A stretch of 64,000 nt of DNA from an uncultured Spirochaetota bacterium. GTDB lineage: Bacteria; Spirochaetota; Spirochaetia; SZUA-6; Fen-1364. This document shows, piece after piece, positions 28,688 to 37,862 of the stretch. The notes below the pieces were generated by a model. That model was given only the letters and a program-made list of their open reading frames with translations. It was not told the origin of the DNA and searched no databases. Position numbers and translations under genes: made by a program. Within the stretch, counting starts at the first letter, position 1; each line of letters starts with the position of its first letter. The stretch is taken from NCBI GenBank assembly GCA_963820525.1, contig CAWGAA010000003.1, positions 64,001 through 128,000 of the forward strand, in the 5' to 3' direction.

Positions 28688-29407
28688 TTATCGGCGCTGG
28701 GGATCGCCGCGGCTTTCCGGGGATCCAGCTCGCGTCATGCCGAGGAGGGCGGTCCCCAGAAACCAGAGAATCGTCGTGAAGAAAACGGCCCATTCCACGG
28801 CGGCAAGGGGCCAGAACGCCGGCCTGTGGGAAAACGCTCCCGGGTCCAGCGGATTCAGGCCCCCGGGAGTCTTCACGGAAGCCATGATCAGAAAGGCGGC
28901 GTAGGCCGCGGCGGCGGGAAAGCTGAATATCGCGGCCGCCTTGTGGAGACGGGCGGCGCCGCGCCTCTGCGCCAGGATCGCAATCCCGAAGAACAGCACG
29001 GTTGCCAGGCCGAGCCGGAAGAACCACATGGCGGAAAAAATGTGCGGCCCGAGGTTGTTCATGGGGAACAGACCAACCGCGGAGCAGAATACCCCCGCGC
29101 CCGCCGCCGCGGCCATGCCGAGGTAGGCGGCCGCGTTGCGGATCCGCAGGCCGAGACCGACGGCGTAGGGGATGAAAAGGAGCCCCGAGACCATCATGCC
29201 GGCATTGAAGAGCCATGCGCCGCGGGAGACCCCGATGCGGCCGAGCTCCGAGATGAAGTGGTTGGAAAGCGAGTAGCCTTCGCCGCCCCTGCCCTGGAAT
29301 ACAAGCGCGGTGGCGAAAACGGCAAGGCATGACAGGACGCTTCCCGCCGCCCCAAGATACGCAGAAACCTCGATGAACCCCGCGGCAAACGCCGAGTCTT
29401 CCTTCAT
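28688..29407 (-). CDS. DUF998-like membrane protein
   Basis: YSLSNHFISELG, FNAGM, VGLFPM..H; multi-TM. Confidence 0.7.
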   Translation of the reverse strand: MKEDSAFAAGFIEVSAYLGAAGSVLSCLAVFATALVFQGRGGEGYSLSNHFISELGRIGVSRGAWLFNAGMMVSGLLFIPYAVGLGLRIRNAAAYLGMAAAAGAGVFCSAVGLFPMNNLGPHIFSAMWFFRLGLATVLFFGIAILAQRRGAARLHKAAAIFSFPAAAAYAAFLIMASVKTPGGLNPLDPGAFSHRPAFWPLAAVEWAVFFTTILWFLGTALLGMTRAGSPESRGDPQRR

Positions 29408-29490
29408 GGCTGCTCCATCCCTTCAAAAGATACACCATCCGCCTCTGGCATGAAAACCGGTCCGGCGCTACAGTATCACCCGGAGAGTCC

Positions 29491-29802
29491 GTGAGCATCT
29501 TCGAGATCATCATGCTGGCCTGTTTCGGCGCGGCCTGGCCGTTCTCCATCTACAAGTCATGGAAAACCCGGCAGGTGGCGGGAAAAAGCCTTCCCTTCCT
29601 GCTCGTCCTTTTCGTGGGCTACATTGCGGGAATCCTGCACAAGCTGTTCTTCCGCTACGACCTCGTTATCTTTCTCTACATTCTCAACGCCGCCATGGTG
29701 GCCGCCGACATCGCTCTGTACCTGAGAAACCGTCTCTACCACGTGCGGCGGAGCCTCGCCGAAGCCCAGGATCAAGGCGGCGGGAAGAAGGGGGCATTGT
29801 GA
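29491..29802 (+). CDS. Small PQ-loop/SemiSWEET-like 3-TM protein
   Basis: FEIIMLACFGAAWPFSIYKSWKTR..GKSLPFL...GYIAGILHK. Confidence 0.7.
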   Translation: MSIFEIIMLACFGAAWPFSIYKSWKTRQVAGKSLPFLLVLFVGYIAGILHKLFFRYDLVIFLYILNAAMVAADIALYLRNRLYHVRRSLAEAQDQGGGKKGAL

Positions 29803-30284
29803 GCGTCCTGATCGCCTACCGGTCGAAATACGGGGCCACCGCCGACTGCGCCCGCGCGCTTGCGGCCCGCATCCGCGTCCAGACGAAGCTCGCCGACCTT
29901 GCCCGCGACCGGCGTCCCGATGTGGCGGCCGCCGACGTTGTCCTGATCGGAGGGTCGATCTATGGAGGCAAGATTCAGAGGGAGGTCCCCGCGTTCTGCG
30001 ACCGCCAGCGCGAGCTTCTTCTCGCGCGGCCCGTGGGGCTTTTCATCTGCTGCCTCTACCGCGACGAGCATGCAATGGCACAGCTCTCATCGGCGTTTCC
30101 CGACTGGCTTCTCGCCCATGCGTTTGCGCGAAGCTGGTTGGGGGGAGAGATTCATCGCGACAGGCTAACCCTCTTCGACCGCGTTCTCATCCGAAGCTTG
30201 CCGCAGTCCATCCACGACATCGCCACCGTCCGTCGGGAGGCGATCGAGGAGCTTGCGGCGGCGGTCAACGCCCTGGGCCGGTGA
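29799..30284 (+). CDS. Flavodoxin-like protein (HemG-like)
   Basis: LIAYRSKYGAT, IGGSIYGGKI; GTG overlaps the upstream TGA. Confidence 0.8.
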   Translation: MSVLIAYRSKYGATADCARALAARIRVQTKLADLARDRRPDVAAADVVLIGGSIYGGKIQREVPAFCDRQRELLLARPVGLFICCLYRDEHAMAQLSSAFPDWLLAHAFARSWLGGEIHRDRLTLFDRVLIRSLPQSIHDIATVRREAIEELAAAVNALGR

Positions 30285-30329
30285 TAGGCTGGGGAGCGCC
30301 GGCCGTGAAAGAAACGGGCTTCCTGTGCT

Positions 30330-31175
30330 CTAGTTCGCTATCGTCGGATAAAGTCTCGCACCGATGGCTATGAGCAGAGTCGTGGCGCCAAGGAGCACCA
30401 GGATGTCCACGCCCGTCCCGTACGTGGATGTGCCGCCGGCCAGCATCAGCGCGCGCAGGGCATCGACCTGGTAGGTGAGAGGGTTGCCGCGCGATATCAC
30501 CTGCAGCCATCCCGGCATGATGGAAATGGGGTAGATGGCATTGCTGGCGAAAAACAGGGGCATGGTGAGGATCTGCCCGATTCCCATGAAGCGCTCCCGA
30601 GTCTTGACGAGGCAGGCGATGATGAGGGAGAAGGTCGAGAATAAGGCCGCGCCCAGAATCACGGTGAGCACCACGGCGGCGAGGGCGGCGGGGTTCCAGT
30701 TCATCCGCACGCCCATGAGCAGGGCGAGGATGTAGATGATGACTGCTTGCGCGAGCCCGCGGACCCCCGCGGAAAGCGCTTTACCCAGGACGAGGGCTGA
30801 GCGCGGCGTGGGGCTCACCAGGAACTTGTGAAGGATCCCCAGGTCCCGCTCCCAAATCACGGAGATCCCGTAGAAGATGGCGATGAAGAGCACGCTCTGG
30901 GAAAGGATGCCGGGGGCCATGAAGTCGATGTAGCGCATGCTCCCCGTGGGGATGGCGCGCACGCGGGTGAAGACCTGGCCGAAAACGAGCAGCCACAGCG
31001 CCGGCTGCACCGCCCGCGTGGCAAGCTCCGTGGGATCGTGGCGGAGCTTTCGCGCCTCGAGCTCCGCGATGGTGAGAGTGCGGCCGATGAAGCTGGCCAG
31101 GGCCTTGAATGGATTCCACCGCCGGGCGATCGGCTCAACCGAGGCGCCGAACAGCCCTTCGAGTTCTTCTGACAT
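30330..31175 (-). CDS. ABC-2 permease (DrrB-like)
   Basis: QPALWLLVFG, PGILSQSVLF, NPLTYQVDALR. Confidence 0.9.
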   Translation of the reverse strand: MSEELEGLFGASVEPIARRWNPFKALASFIGRTLTIAELEARKLRHDPTELATRAVQPALWLLVFGQVFTRVRAIPTGSMRYIDFMAPGILSQSVLFIAIFYGISVIWERDLGILHKFLVSPTPRSALVLGKALSAGVRGLAQAVIIYILALLMGVRMNWNPAALAAVVLTVILGAALFSTFSLIIACLVKTRERFMGIGQILTMPLFFASNAIYPISIMPGWLQVISRGNPLTYQVDALRALMLAGGTSTYGTGVDILVLLGATTLLIAIGARLYPTIAN

Positions 31176-31941
31176 CGCGATAGCTCCCTCCGGATTCGAT
31201 ATTGTTTCCCGTGTAGTGGATGAAAACATCATCCAGCGTGGCCCCTTCCCGCTCGATCGAGGCTTTCAGCTCCCCCGGCGTCCCATGCGCCACCATCTTG
31301 CCCAGGTGCATGATCGCAACCCTGCTGCAGATGTTGTCGGCCTCCTCCATCAGGTGGGTGGTGAGGACAATGGTCATGCCGAGGCGCATTCGAAGCCGCT
31401 CGATGTGTTCCCAGACGGCGCGCCGCGCTGAGGGATCCAGGCCCACCGTCGGCTCGTCGAGGAACAGCACCCGGGGGTTGTGCAGCATCGATTGGGCGAT
31501 CTCCAGGCGGCGGATCATCCCCCCCGAGTACTGGCGGACCAGCTTGCCGCCCGAGTCCTCCAGGCCCATGAAGCGAAGCGCCCCCTCAACCCGCGCCCGC
31601 CGCTCCGATCGGGGAAGCTCGTAGAGCTTGGCGAAGATGAGCAGGTTCTCGTAGCCGGTGAGCGTCCCGTCCGCCGAGATCATCTGCGGGACATACCCGA
31701 TCAGCCTCCTCACCTGACGCGCCTGACGGGCCACATCGAAACCCGCAACGCGGGCCTTCCCCCCGGTGGGGGCGAGGAGCGTAGTGAGCATCTTGATGGT
31801 CGTTGTCTTTCCCGCGCCATTGGGGCCCAAAAGGCCGAACACCTCCCCCTCCTCTATCGAAATGGAGAGATGATCGACGGCGGTAAGGGAGCCGAACACG
31901 CGGGTGAGGCCTTCAGTTTCGAGGATTGCCATTCTTTTCAC
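31135..31941 (-). CDS. ABC exporter ATPase (DrrA-like)
   Basis: GPNGAGKT, YSGGMIRRLEIA, LDEPTVGLDP. Confidence 0.93.
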   Translation of the reverse strand: MKRMAILETEGLTRVFGSLTAVDHLSISIEEGEVFGLLGPNGAGKTTTIKMLTTLLAPTGGKARVAGFDVARQARQVRRLIGYVPQMISADGTLTGYENLLIFAKLYELPRSERRARVEGALRFMGLEDSGGKLVRQYSGGMIRRLEIAQSMLHNPRVLFLDEPTVGLDPSARRAVWEHIERLRMRLGMTIVLTTHLMEEADNICSRVAIMHLGKMVAHGTPGELKASIEREGATLDDVFIHYTGNNIESGGSYRDVRRTRRAVRRLG

Positions 31942-31950
31942 AATTCCTCC

Positions 31951-32406
31951 TCACCGGCATCGCGCGCGGGAAAGAGCGGCGAACGATCCATTGAGCACAA
32001 CCATGGCCCGCCTCACGGCTTCGCGATCCGTCGGGTCCAGGACCGCCAGAGCCGACGCCAGGCTCGTCTGGGCTTCCCGCCGGGCCGCGGTCATCATCCG
32101 CCTGCCGTCCGGCGTGAGGGCGAGCACGATGCGGCGCCTGTCGGCGCTGGAGTGCCCGCGGGTGAGCAGGCGGCGCTCTTCCAGGCCGTCCACCATCTTG
32201 CTGGCGGTGGCCGGGGCTATGCCCAGATGCTCCGCCAGCTCCCCCAGGGAAGCCTCGGACTTCCTGTCGATGAAAGCCATGGAGCGGAATTGCGGCACGC
32301 TCAAGTCCGCCGCCCGACGGCTGCGCATCTCGGCGCGGATGAAGCGCATCACCGCCGGGACCGTTTCCAGGACGAGCCGGGCACATTCCCGTGTGCTTTC
32401 CATCAT
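31951..32406 (-). CDS. MarR family regulator
   Basis: LSVPQF...SLGELAEHLG...VDGLEERRLL.R...DRRRIVLALTPDG. Confidence 0.9.
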   Translation of the reverse strand: MMESTRECARLVLETVPAVMRFIRAEMRSRRAADLSVPQFRSMAFIDRKSEASLGELAEHLGIAPATASKMVDGLEERRLLTRGHSSADRRRIVLALTPDGRRMMTAARREAQTSLASALAVLDPTDREAVRRAMVVLNGSFAALSRARCR

Positions 32407-32418
32407 TCCATTCGCCTT

Positions 32419-32456
32419 TCTAATTATTAGATAATCTAAATAAAAGACACGGTCAA
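32419..32456 (-). promoter_or_regulatory. AT-rich palindromic operator and promoter of the marR-ABC operon
   Basis: Overlapping palindromes TCTAAT-T-ATTAGA (32419-31) and TTAGAT-A-ATCTAA (32427-39); minus-strand TTGACC at 32456-51. Confidence 0.65.
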
Positions 32457-32511
32457 GCCCTCCCGCAGTGTCTCCCTTGCCATCCGCCGCTCATCGGAAC
32501 ACAATCGCGCC

Positions 32512-33125
32512 ATGACGAAGGCGGAGCTTCGCGCGCGCATGCTGAAGATCCTCGCGGAAACAGGCGACTCCGAGGCGGCACGGCGCGGAGATCTGGTGGC
32601 ACGCCGCCTTTCCGATACCGGGGCGTGGCAGCGGTCCGGGACGCTCCTTGTCTTTCTCTCCATGTCTCACGAAGTGGATACGCTCCCCTCATTGCCGCAG
32701 CTCGCGGCGCGGGAAAGTCCCTCGCCGTGCCTCGGATCGTGGGGAGCTCTCTGGTGTTTCACTCCCTTGGCACGGGCTTCGAGACGCTCCCCCATGACGC
32801 GATGGGGATCAGGAAGCCCGATCCGGCATGGCCGGTGTTCGACCCTCACGCGGCCGCGCGCCGAGGAGGGATCCTCATCGTCGTTCCCGGCCTCGCATTC
32901 GACAGGAGGGGCAACCGGCTGGGCCGCGGCCGGGGCTTCTACGACCGTTTTCTCGTAGAAGCCCGCTCCTGGAGCGTCGAACGGCCGCTCGCCATCGGGA
33001 TTTGCTTCTCCGAGCAGCTCTTCGACTCGATCCCCGCCGGCCTGGGGGACCAGCCGCTGGACGGAGTCGTGACCGAGGAGGAGACTCTCATGATGCGCGG
33101 GCTTCCGCCGGATGCAAGCCCTTGA
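32512..33125 (+). pseudogene. 5-formyltetrahydrofolate cyclo-ligase, split by a 1-nt frameshift near 32685 (pseudogene or assembly error)
   Basis: MTKAELR...FLSMSHEVDT in one frame continues as PLIAAA...VPGLAFDRRGNRLGRGRGFYDRFL in another; junction at a C4 run. Confidence 0.8.
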
Positions 33126-33198
33126 TTCCCGGCGGGCTTGTTGAGTACATTGCTTTGGAGCAAGCACGCAGTCGTTCCGGCCGCAAACGGAGAGTGAT

Positions 33199-33789
33199 AT
33201 GGGAACCATAAAATCCGCATTTGAAATCGCGATGGAAAACACGAAGAGCATCGAGGCCAACAAGGAGCTCGTCGAGCTCAACAAGCTCAAGGACGAGGGA
33301 AAGAAGCTCGTCTCACGGCTGTTCGACGAGGCATCCTTCAACCTCAAGGAAACCCTCGCGGCCTTCGACAAGAGCAAGCTCCAGAGCGTGCGGGAAGGGC
33401 TCATCCAGTCCCTCCTTGCCAACCTTGTGCTGCCCTTCGACGAGTTCGCGCTTCAGCGCAACAGGAAGATCGGCGAGGCCGTGGGAGCCATTGTGTCGGA
33501 CACGAAGCGCATTTCGATGATGTTCAGCCAGCTGGAGCACTTCTTCAAGGAGTTCATGGATGAACGCACGCGGCTGATCGAGACACTGGAGCGCCAGTAC
33601 GCCCCCCGGCTCCAAAAAAAGGAAGAGGAGGTATCCAAGCAGCTCGGGCGGCCCGTGAAGATCAACCCCGCATCGGACCCCGAGTTCCAGGGCCTCATGC
33701 GGCAGTACCTCGGACAGCTCGAGGCCAAGTATGAAGAGGTTCTCTCCGGAGCCAAGGAAGAGATCAAGGGCACCTTCCTGAAGGGCTGA
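33199..33789 (+). CDS. Conserved helical hypothetical protein (DUF6657-like)
   Basis: N-terminus MGTIKSAFEIAME; strongly biased coding-like codons; 3 bp before the EndoQ-UvrD gene. Confidence 0.7.
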   Translation: MGTIKSAFEIAMENTKSIEANKELVELNKLKDEGKKLVSRLFDEASFNLKETLAAFDKSKLQSVREGLIQSLLANLVLPFDEFALQRNRKIGEAVGAIVSDTKRISMMFSQLEHFFKEFMDERTRLIETLERQYAPRLQKKEEEVSKQLGRPVKINPASDPEFQGLMRQYLGQLEAKYEEVLSGAKEEIKGTFLKG

Positions 33790-33792
33790 TCC

Positions 33793-36700
33793 ATGCCCTT
33801 CGTCGCTGACCTGCACCTCCATTCCCGATACTCCCGCGCAACCAGCCGCGAGGCGGACCTCGAGGGCTACTACCGCTGGGCGCGCGTGAAAGGCATCTCG
33901 CTCCTGGGAACGGGAGATTTCACCCACCCGCGGTGGATGTCGGAAATCTCTTCCCGCCTGATCGAGAAGGACGGCCTCCTGAGCTTCGCCGACGAGCCGA
34001 AAGGCTCCGCGCTCTCCTCGGCAAGCCCCGCCGCGATCCCCGTGCGCTTCATCCTCACGGCGGAGATAAGCTCCATCTACAAGAAGAACGGGGCCACGCG
34101 GAAGGTCCACAGCCTCATCATCGTTCCCTCCCTGCACGCCGCCCGATCGCTTTCCCGCAAGCTATCCGCCATCGGAAACATCGCCTCGGACGGAAGGCCC
34201 ATCCTCGGACTGGACCCGAAGGACCTGCTCGCGATGATGCTGGAAGTCGCGCCCGAGGGCATGCTGATCCCGGCGCACATCTGGACCCCCTGGTTCTCCA
34301 TCTTCGGATCGAAGTCAGGATTCGACCGGATCGAGGACTGCTTCGAGGAGCTGACCCCCTACATCCCCGCCCTGGAGACCGGACTCTCCTCGGACCCCCC
34401 CATGAACTGGCGATGGAGCGCCCTGGACCGTTTCCGCCTTGTCTCAAACTCGGACGCCCACTCCCCCGCCAACCTCGGCCGCGAGGCGAACCTCTTCGAT
34501 TCCGAGTTGAGCTATGAAGGCGTGCGGACCGCGCTCGTCACCGGCCGCGGCTTCTCGGGCACGTTCGAGTTCCATCCCGAGGAGGGAAAGTATCACGCCG
34601 ACGGCCACAGAAAATGCGGCGTCTGCATGGACCCCGAAGAGACGCTGCGGAGGGGAGAGAAATGCCCCGAGTGCGGAAAGCCGATGACGATCGGCGTGCT
34701 CAACCGCGTGCTCAGCCTCGCCGACCGCGCCGAGGCTGTTCAGCCGCGCGCGGCAGAGGGCTTCCGCTATCTCATCCCGCTCCCCGAAATCCTCTCGGAG
34801 CTTGCCTCAGCCGGGGTCGGCTCGAAGGGAGTCACGTCCCTGTACGAGAGAATGATCGGCGCTTTCGGAAGCGAGTACGGGATCCTCTTCGATGTCCCCC
34901 TCGAGGATATCGAGAAGGGCTTCGGTAACCTTGCGGCGGAGGCCATCAGGCGCATGCGGGAAGGCCGGGTCCATCCATCCCCGGGCTACGACGGCGAGTT
35001 CGGCAGGATTCTCCTCTTCGAGAGGCAGGAGCTGGAACGCCTGAGGGGCCAGGACGAGCTTTTTGCCGTTTCAGCCACTCCCGGCAAAAAAAAAGCCCGG
35101 ATCGGCGGGGCTTCGCCGCTTCTCGGGCGCGATGCCGCCGGAGAAAGACAGCGGGCGGCGGAACCGGCCGGCCTCGACGCGGAGCAGGAAGCCGCGGTGG
35201 CCGCGGACTCCAGCGCGGCGATAGTCCAGGCCGGGCCGGGAACGGGAAAGACGCGCCTCCTGACCCATTGGATTGCGCGCCGGATAAAAGAAGGAGCGGC
35301 GCAGCCGGGGGAAGCGCTGGCGCTTACCTTCACGAACAGGGCCGCGGCCGAGATGCGGCAGAGGCTGCGCGCCCTGCTCGCCGACGATGCGGAGGCGATT
35401 CTCGTCACCACCTTCCACTCCCTGTGCTTCTCGATCCTCCATGAGATGGATCCCGCGCTTCAGTCCATCTACGGGGCGGCGGACCGGGAGGAGATCCTTG
35501 GCATCATTCTGCCCGCCGACGCGGCGGGGCGGGCGCGCGAGATGTCCCGCAGCATCGAGAAATACTACGAAGGGGTGGAACCGGGGAACGAGGAGCTTTT
35601 CCCGGTGGTCCGCATCTATGAGGATTACCTGGCGGAGATCGGCGCGGCAGACCTTTCCTCGCTCGTGTTGAAGGCGACGGCGGCCTTGCGGGCAGACGAC
35701 GCAGCGCTCCAGCGGCTGCGCATGCGCTTCACGCTGATCGCGGTGGACGAGCTTCAAGACATCAACCCCGGCCAGTACGAGCTCGTGATGCTTTTGGCGG
35801 GAGACCGTGAAAGCGCTGCATCGAAAGACCGCCGCCGCCTGCTCTGCATCGGGGATCCCGACCAGGCCATTTACGGCTTCCGCGGGTCGGACCGCGGCCT
35901 TTTCTTCCGCCTCCGCGACGAGCTTTCAGCCGAAACCCGCATCCTCACCCGAAGCTACCGCTCCACGGCAACCATACTCCGCGCCGCCTCCTCGGTTCTG
36001 GCCGGCGGCCGGAGCGAATCCGCGCCCACGCTTTCCGCTGTCCGCGGCGGAGGCGCGGCCATCGAGGTATACGCCGCTTCGGACCCCTCGGACGAGGGGA
36101 GGTTCATCGCGCACGGCATCGCCACGCTGATGGGCGGAGTCGACAGCATTTCGGCGGATGCGGCGCGCGACGCATCCTCCGGCTGCTCCTTTGCCGACAT
36201 TGCGGTCCTGTTCCGCACGCGGGCCATCCGCGACGCGCTCCTCCCTGCCCTCCTCAGGGCGGGGATCCCCACGACGGTGAGGGAAAGCTCGCCGCTTCAT
36301 TCCGAGAGACCCTTCGTGTACCTGGTGGCGGCCTTGAGGGTCCTCCACAATCCGAGGGACGCCGCTTCGCTGGCGCTGCTCCTCCAGCACGTGGCACCCG
36401 GCAGGCCGATCGCCCTTGCCGCGGCGAAAGCCCTCGGGGCTGGAGATCCCCCCGGAGAGCTTCCCGCGATCCTGGCCGGGCTGCATGGCTTTTCGGAATC
36501 ATCGCGGATGCGGCTGGATTCGATTCTGACGCGAAGGGACGAGCTTGCCGCGCTGCTCGAATCCGGCGGCATCCCTTCCGTGATCGACAGGATTCTGCAG
36601 CAGACCGTCAGCTTCGACGGCTCGGACCCCCGGGTAGTCATAGGCGAGCAGATCATCCGGGAGACGGCCGGCGAGTTCGGGTCAGATCTGGCCGCTTTCC

Positions 36701-37068
36701 TGAGGCAGCTCTCCCTGCTTGCGGTGGAAAGCGAGGGCGCCGTGCGAAGCGAGAAGGTGCGCCTCCTCACCTTCCATGCGGCGAAAGGCCTGGAGTTTCC
36801 CGCCGTGTTCCTGGCGGGGGTGGAGGAAGGGATCACGCCGATGCCCGACAATCCGGAGGAGGAGCGCAGGCTGTTCTACGTGGCCGTCACGCGGGCCAAA
36901 GACCGCCTCTTCATCTCGCATTGCGCCCACCGGGACGAGTATGGAGAGCACAGACAGATGCGGCCCAGCCGCTTCCTGCAAGACATTCCTATCGACTGCC
37001 GCAAAGACGCCGAAAGGCCGGCGCCCAGGAAGGATCGCTCCGACGCCCAGCTCGGGCTCTTCGAATGA
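33793..37068 (+). CDS. Endonuclease Q-like PHP domain fused to a UvrD/Rep SF1A helicase
   Basis: DLHLHSRYS, GTGDFTHP, PAHIWTPW, SNSDAHS, GHRKC..CPECG; then GPGTGKT, TFTNRAA, DELQD, GDPDQAIYGFRG, TFHAAKGLEF, EERRLFYVAVTRA. Confidence 0.92.
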   Translation: MPFVADLHLHSRYSRATSREADLEGYYRWARVKGISLLGTGDFTHPRWMSEISSRLIEKDGLLSFADEPKGSALSSASPAAIPVRFILTAEISSIYKKNGATRKVHSLIIVPSLHAARSLSRKLSAIGNIASDGRPILGLDPKDLLAMMLEVAPEGMLIPAHIWTPWFSIFGSKSGFDRIEDCFEELTPYIPALETGLSSDPPMNWRWSALDRFRLVSNSDAHSPANLGREANLFDSELSYEGVRTALVTGRGFSGTFEFHPEEGKYHADGHRKCGVCMDPEETLRRGEKCPECGKPMTIGVLNRVLSLADRAEAVQPRAAEGFRYLIPLPEILSELASAGVGSKGVTSLYERMIGAFGSEYGILFDVPLEDIEKGFGNLAAEAIRRMREGRVHPSPGYDGEFGRILLFERQELERLRGQDELFAVSATPGKKKARIGGASPLLGRDAAGERQRAAEPAGLDAEQEAAVAADSSAAIVQAGPGTGKTRLLTHWIARRIKEGAAQPGEALALTFTNRAAAEMRQRLRALLADDAEAILVTTFHSLCFSILHEMDPALQSIYGAADREEILGIILPADAAGRAREMSRSIEKYYEGVEPGNEELFPVVRIYEDYLAEIGAADLSSLVLKATAALRADDAALQRLRMRFTLIAVDELQDINPGQYELVMLLAGDRESAASKDRRRLLCIGDPDQAIYGFRGSDRGLFFRLRDELSAETRILTRSYRSTATILRAASSVLAGGRSESAPTLSAVRGGGAAIEVYAASDPSDEGRFIAHGIATLMGGVDSISADAARDASSGCSFADIAVLFRTRAIRDALLPALLRAGIPTTVRESSPLHSERPFVYLVAALRVLHNPRDAASLALLLQHVAPGRPIALAAAKALGAGDPPGELPAILAGLHGFSESSRMRLDSILTRRDELAALLESGGIPSVIDRILQQTVSFDGSDPRVVIGEQIIRETAGEFGSDLAAFLRQLSLLAVESEGAVRSEKVRLLTFHAAKGLEFPAVFLAGVEEGITPMPDNPEEERRLFYVAVTRAKDRLFISHCAHRDEYGEHRQMRPSRFLQDIPIDCRKDAERPAPRKDRSDAQLGLFE

Positions 37069-37171
37069 CGTGCGGCGACGTCTTCCCTTGACACCGCCGT
37101 GCCGAAGGTCATACTGGAGCAAATAGATCCTCCGTCATGTAACCCATCTACTTTGCTCGAGGAGGTACATC

Positions 37172-37819
37172 ATGCGCTGTGTAAAATGTGTGCTTGTGTT
37201 TGCCGCCGTATTGGCGGTTCTTTCCTGCAACCCTCCGGGCGAGACAACCCAGGATAAAACCCTGACCTTGCTGAGCGAAGCTGCCCTCGACGGCTACGTC
37301 ACATTTGTATCACCGAGCTCGTACACAGGATTTGCGGGCGACGCGGCCGTCAACATCGGAGACAGCTCAAACGACACGGATTTCACCCGCTGTGTAGTCA
37401 GCTTCGACCTGAGCTCGCTTCCCGCCGGGGCCCAGATCCAATCCGCCGTGCTCAGGATGTACCAAAACGATCAGTTCACAGGCGACAGCTATGCGGACCC
37501 CGCGGGGCTGGGAGCGGTTCTTGTGGACAACGTCAGTTATGCATCGTTCACGCCCGACGCCGGCCTTTTTTCAGCAGATACCACCGGCACGGATATCGGA
37601 ATCGGGCCGCTCGCGACATCCTTTTCCGCGAATACGTGGCATGAGCTGGATGTGACCACCTCGGCAACTGATGAGGTCAACCTGTACCACAACGGCCGAT
37701 TGCAGTTCCGCATCTACCATCATTACGAAAATAACAACAATTCCACCGCGGACACCGACGGCTGGGTGATGGGGGACAACTCCACGAATCAGCCCCAGCT
37801 CGTCATAACCTACCGGTAA
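37172..37819 (+). CDS. Lipoprotein with DNRLRE-like beta-sandwich domain
   Basis: Lipobox VLSC; DGYV, FDLSSLPAGAQIQSAVLRMY, WHELDVT, PQLVITY. Confidence 0.7.
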   Translation: MRCVKCVLVFAAVLAVLSCNPPGETTQDKTLTLLSEAALDGYVTFVSPSSYTGFAGDAAVNIGDSSNDTDFTRCVVSFDLSSLPAGAQIQSAVLRMYQNDQFTGDSYADPAGLGAVLVDNVSYASFTPDAGLFSADTTGTDIGIGPLATSFSANTWHELDVTTSATDEVNLYHNGRLQFRIYHHYENNNNSTADTDGWVMGDNSTNQPQLVITYR

Positions 37820-37833
37820 GCCCTCGACCTTGA

Positions 37834-37860
37834 GAGGGGCCGCATACGATGCGGCCCCTC
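37834..37860. terminator. Hairpin between convergent genes
   Basis: GAGGGGCCGCAT-ACG-ATGCGGCCCCTC, 12-bp perfect stem; no clear U tract. Confidence 0.6.
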
Positions 37861-37862
37861 CG

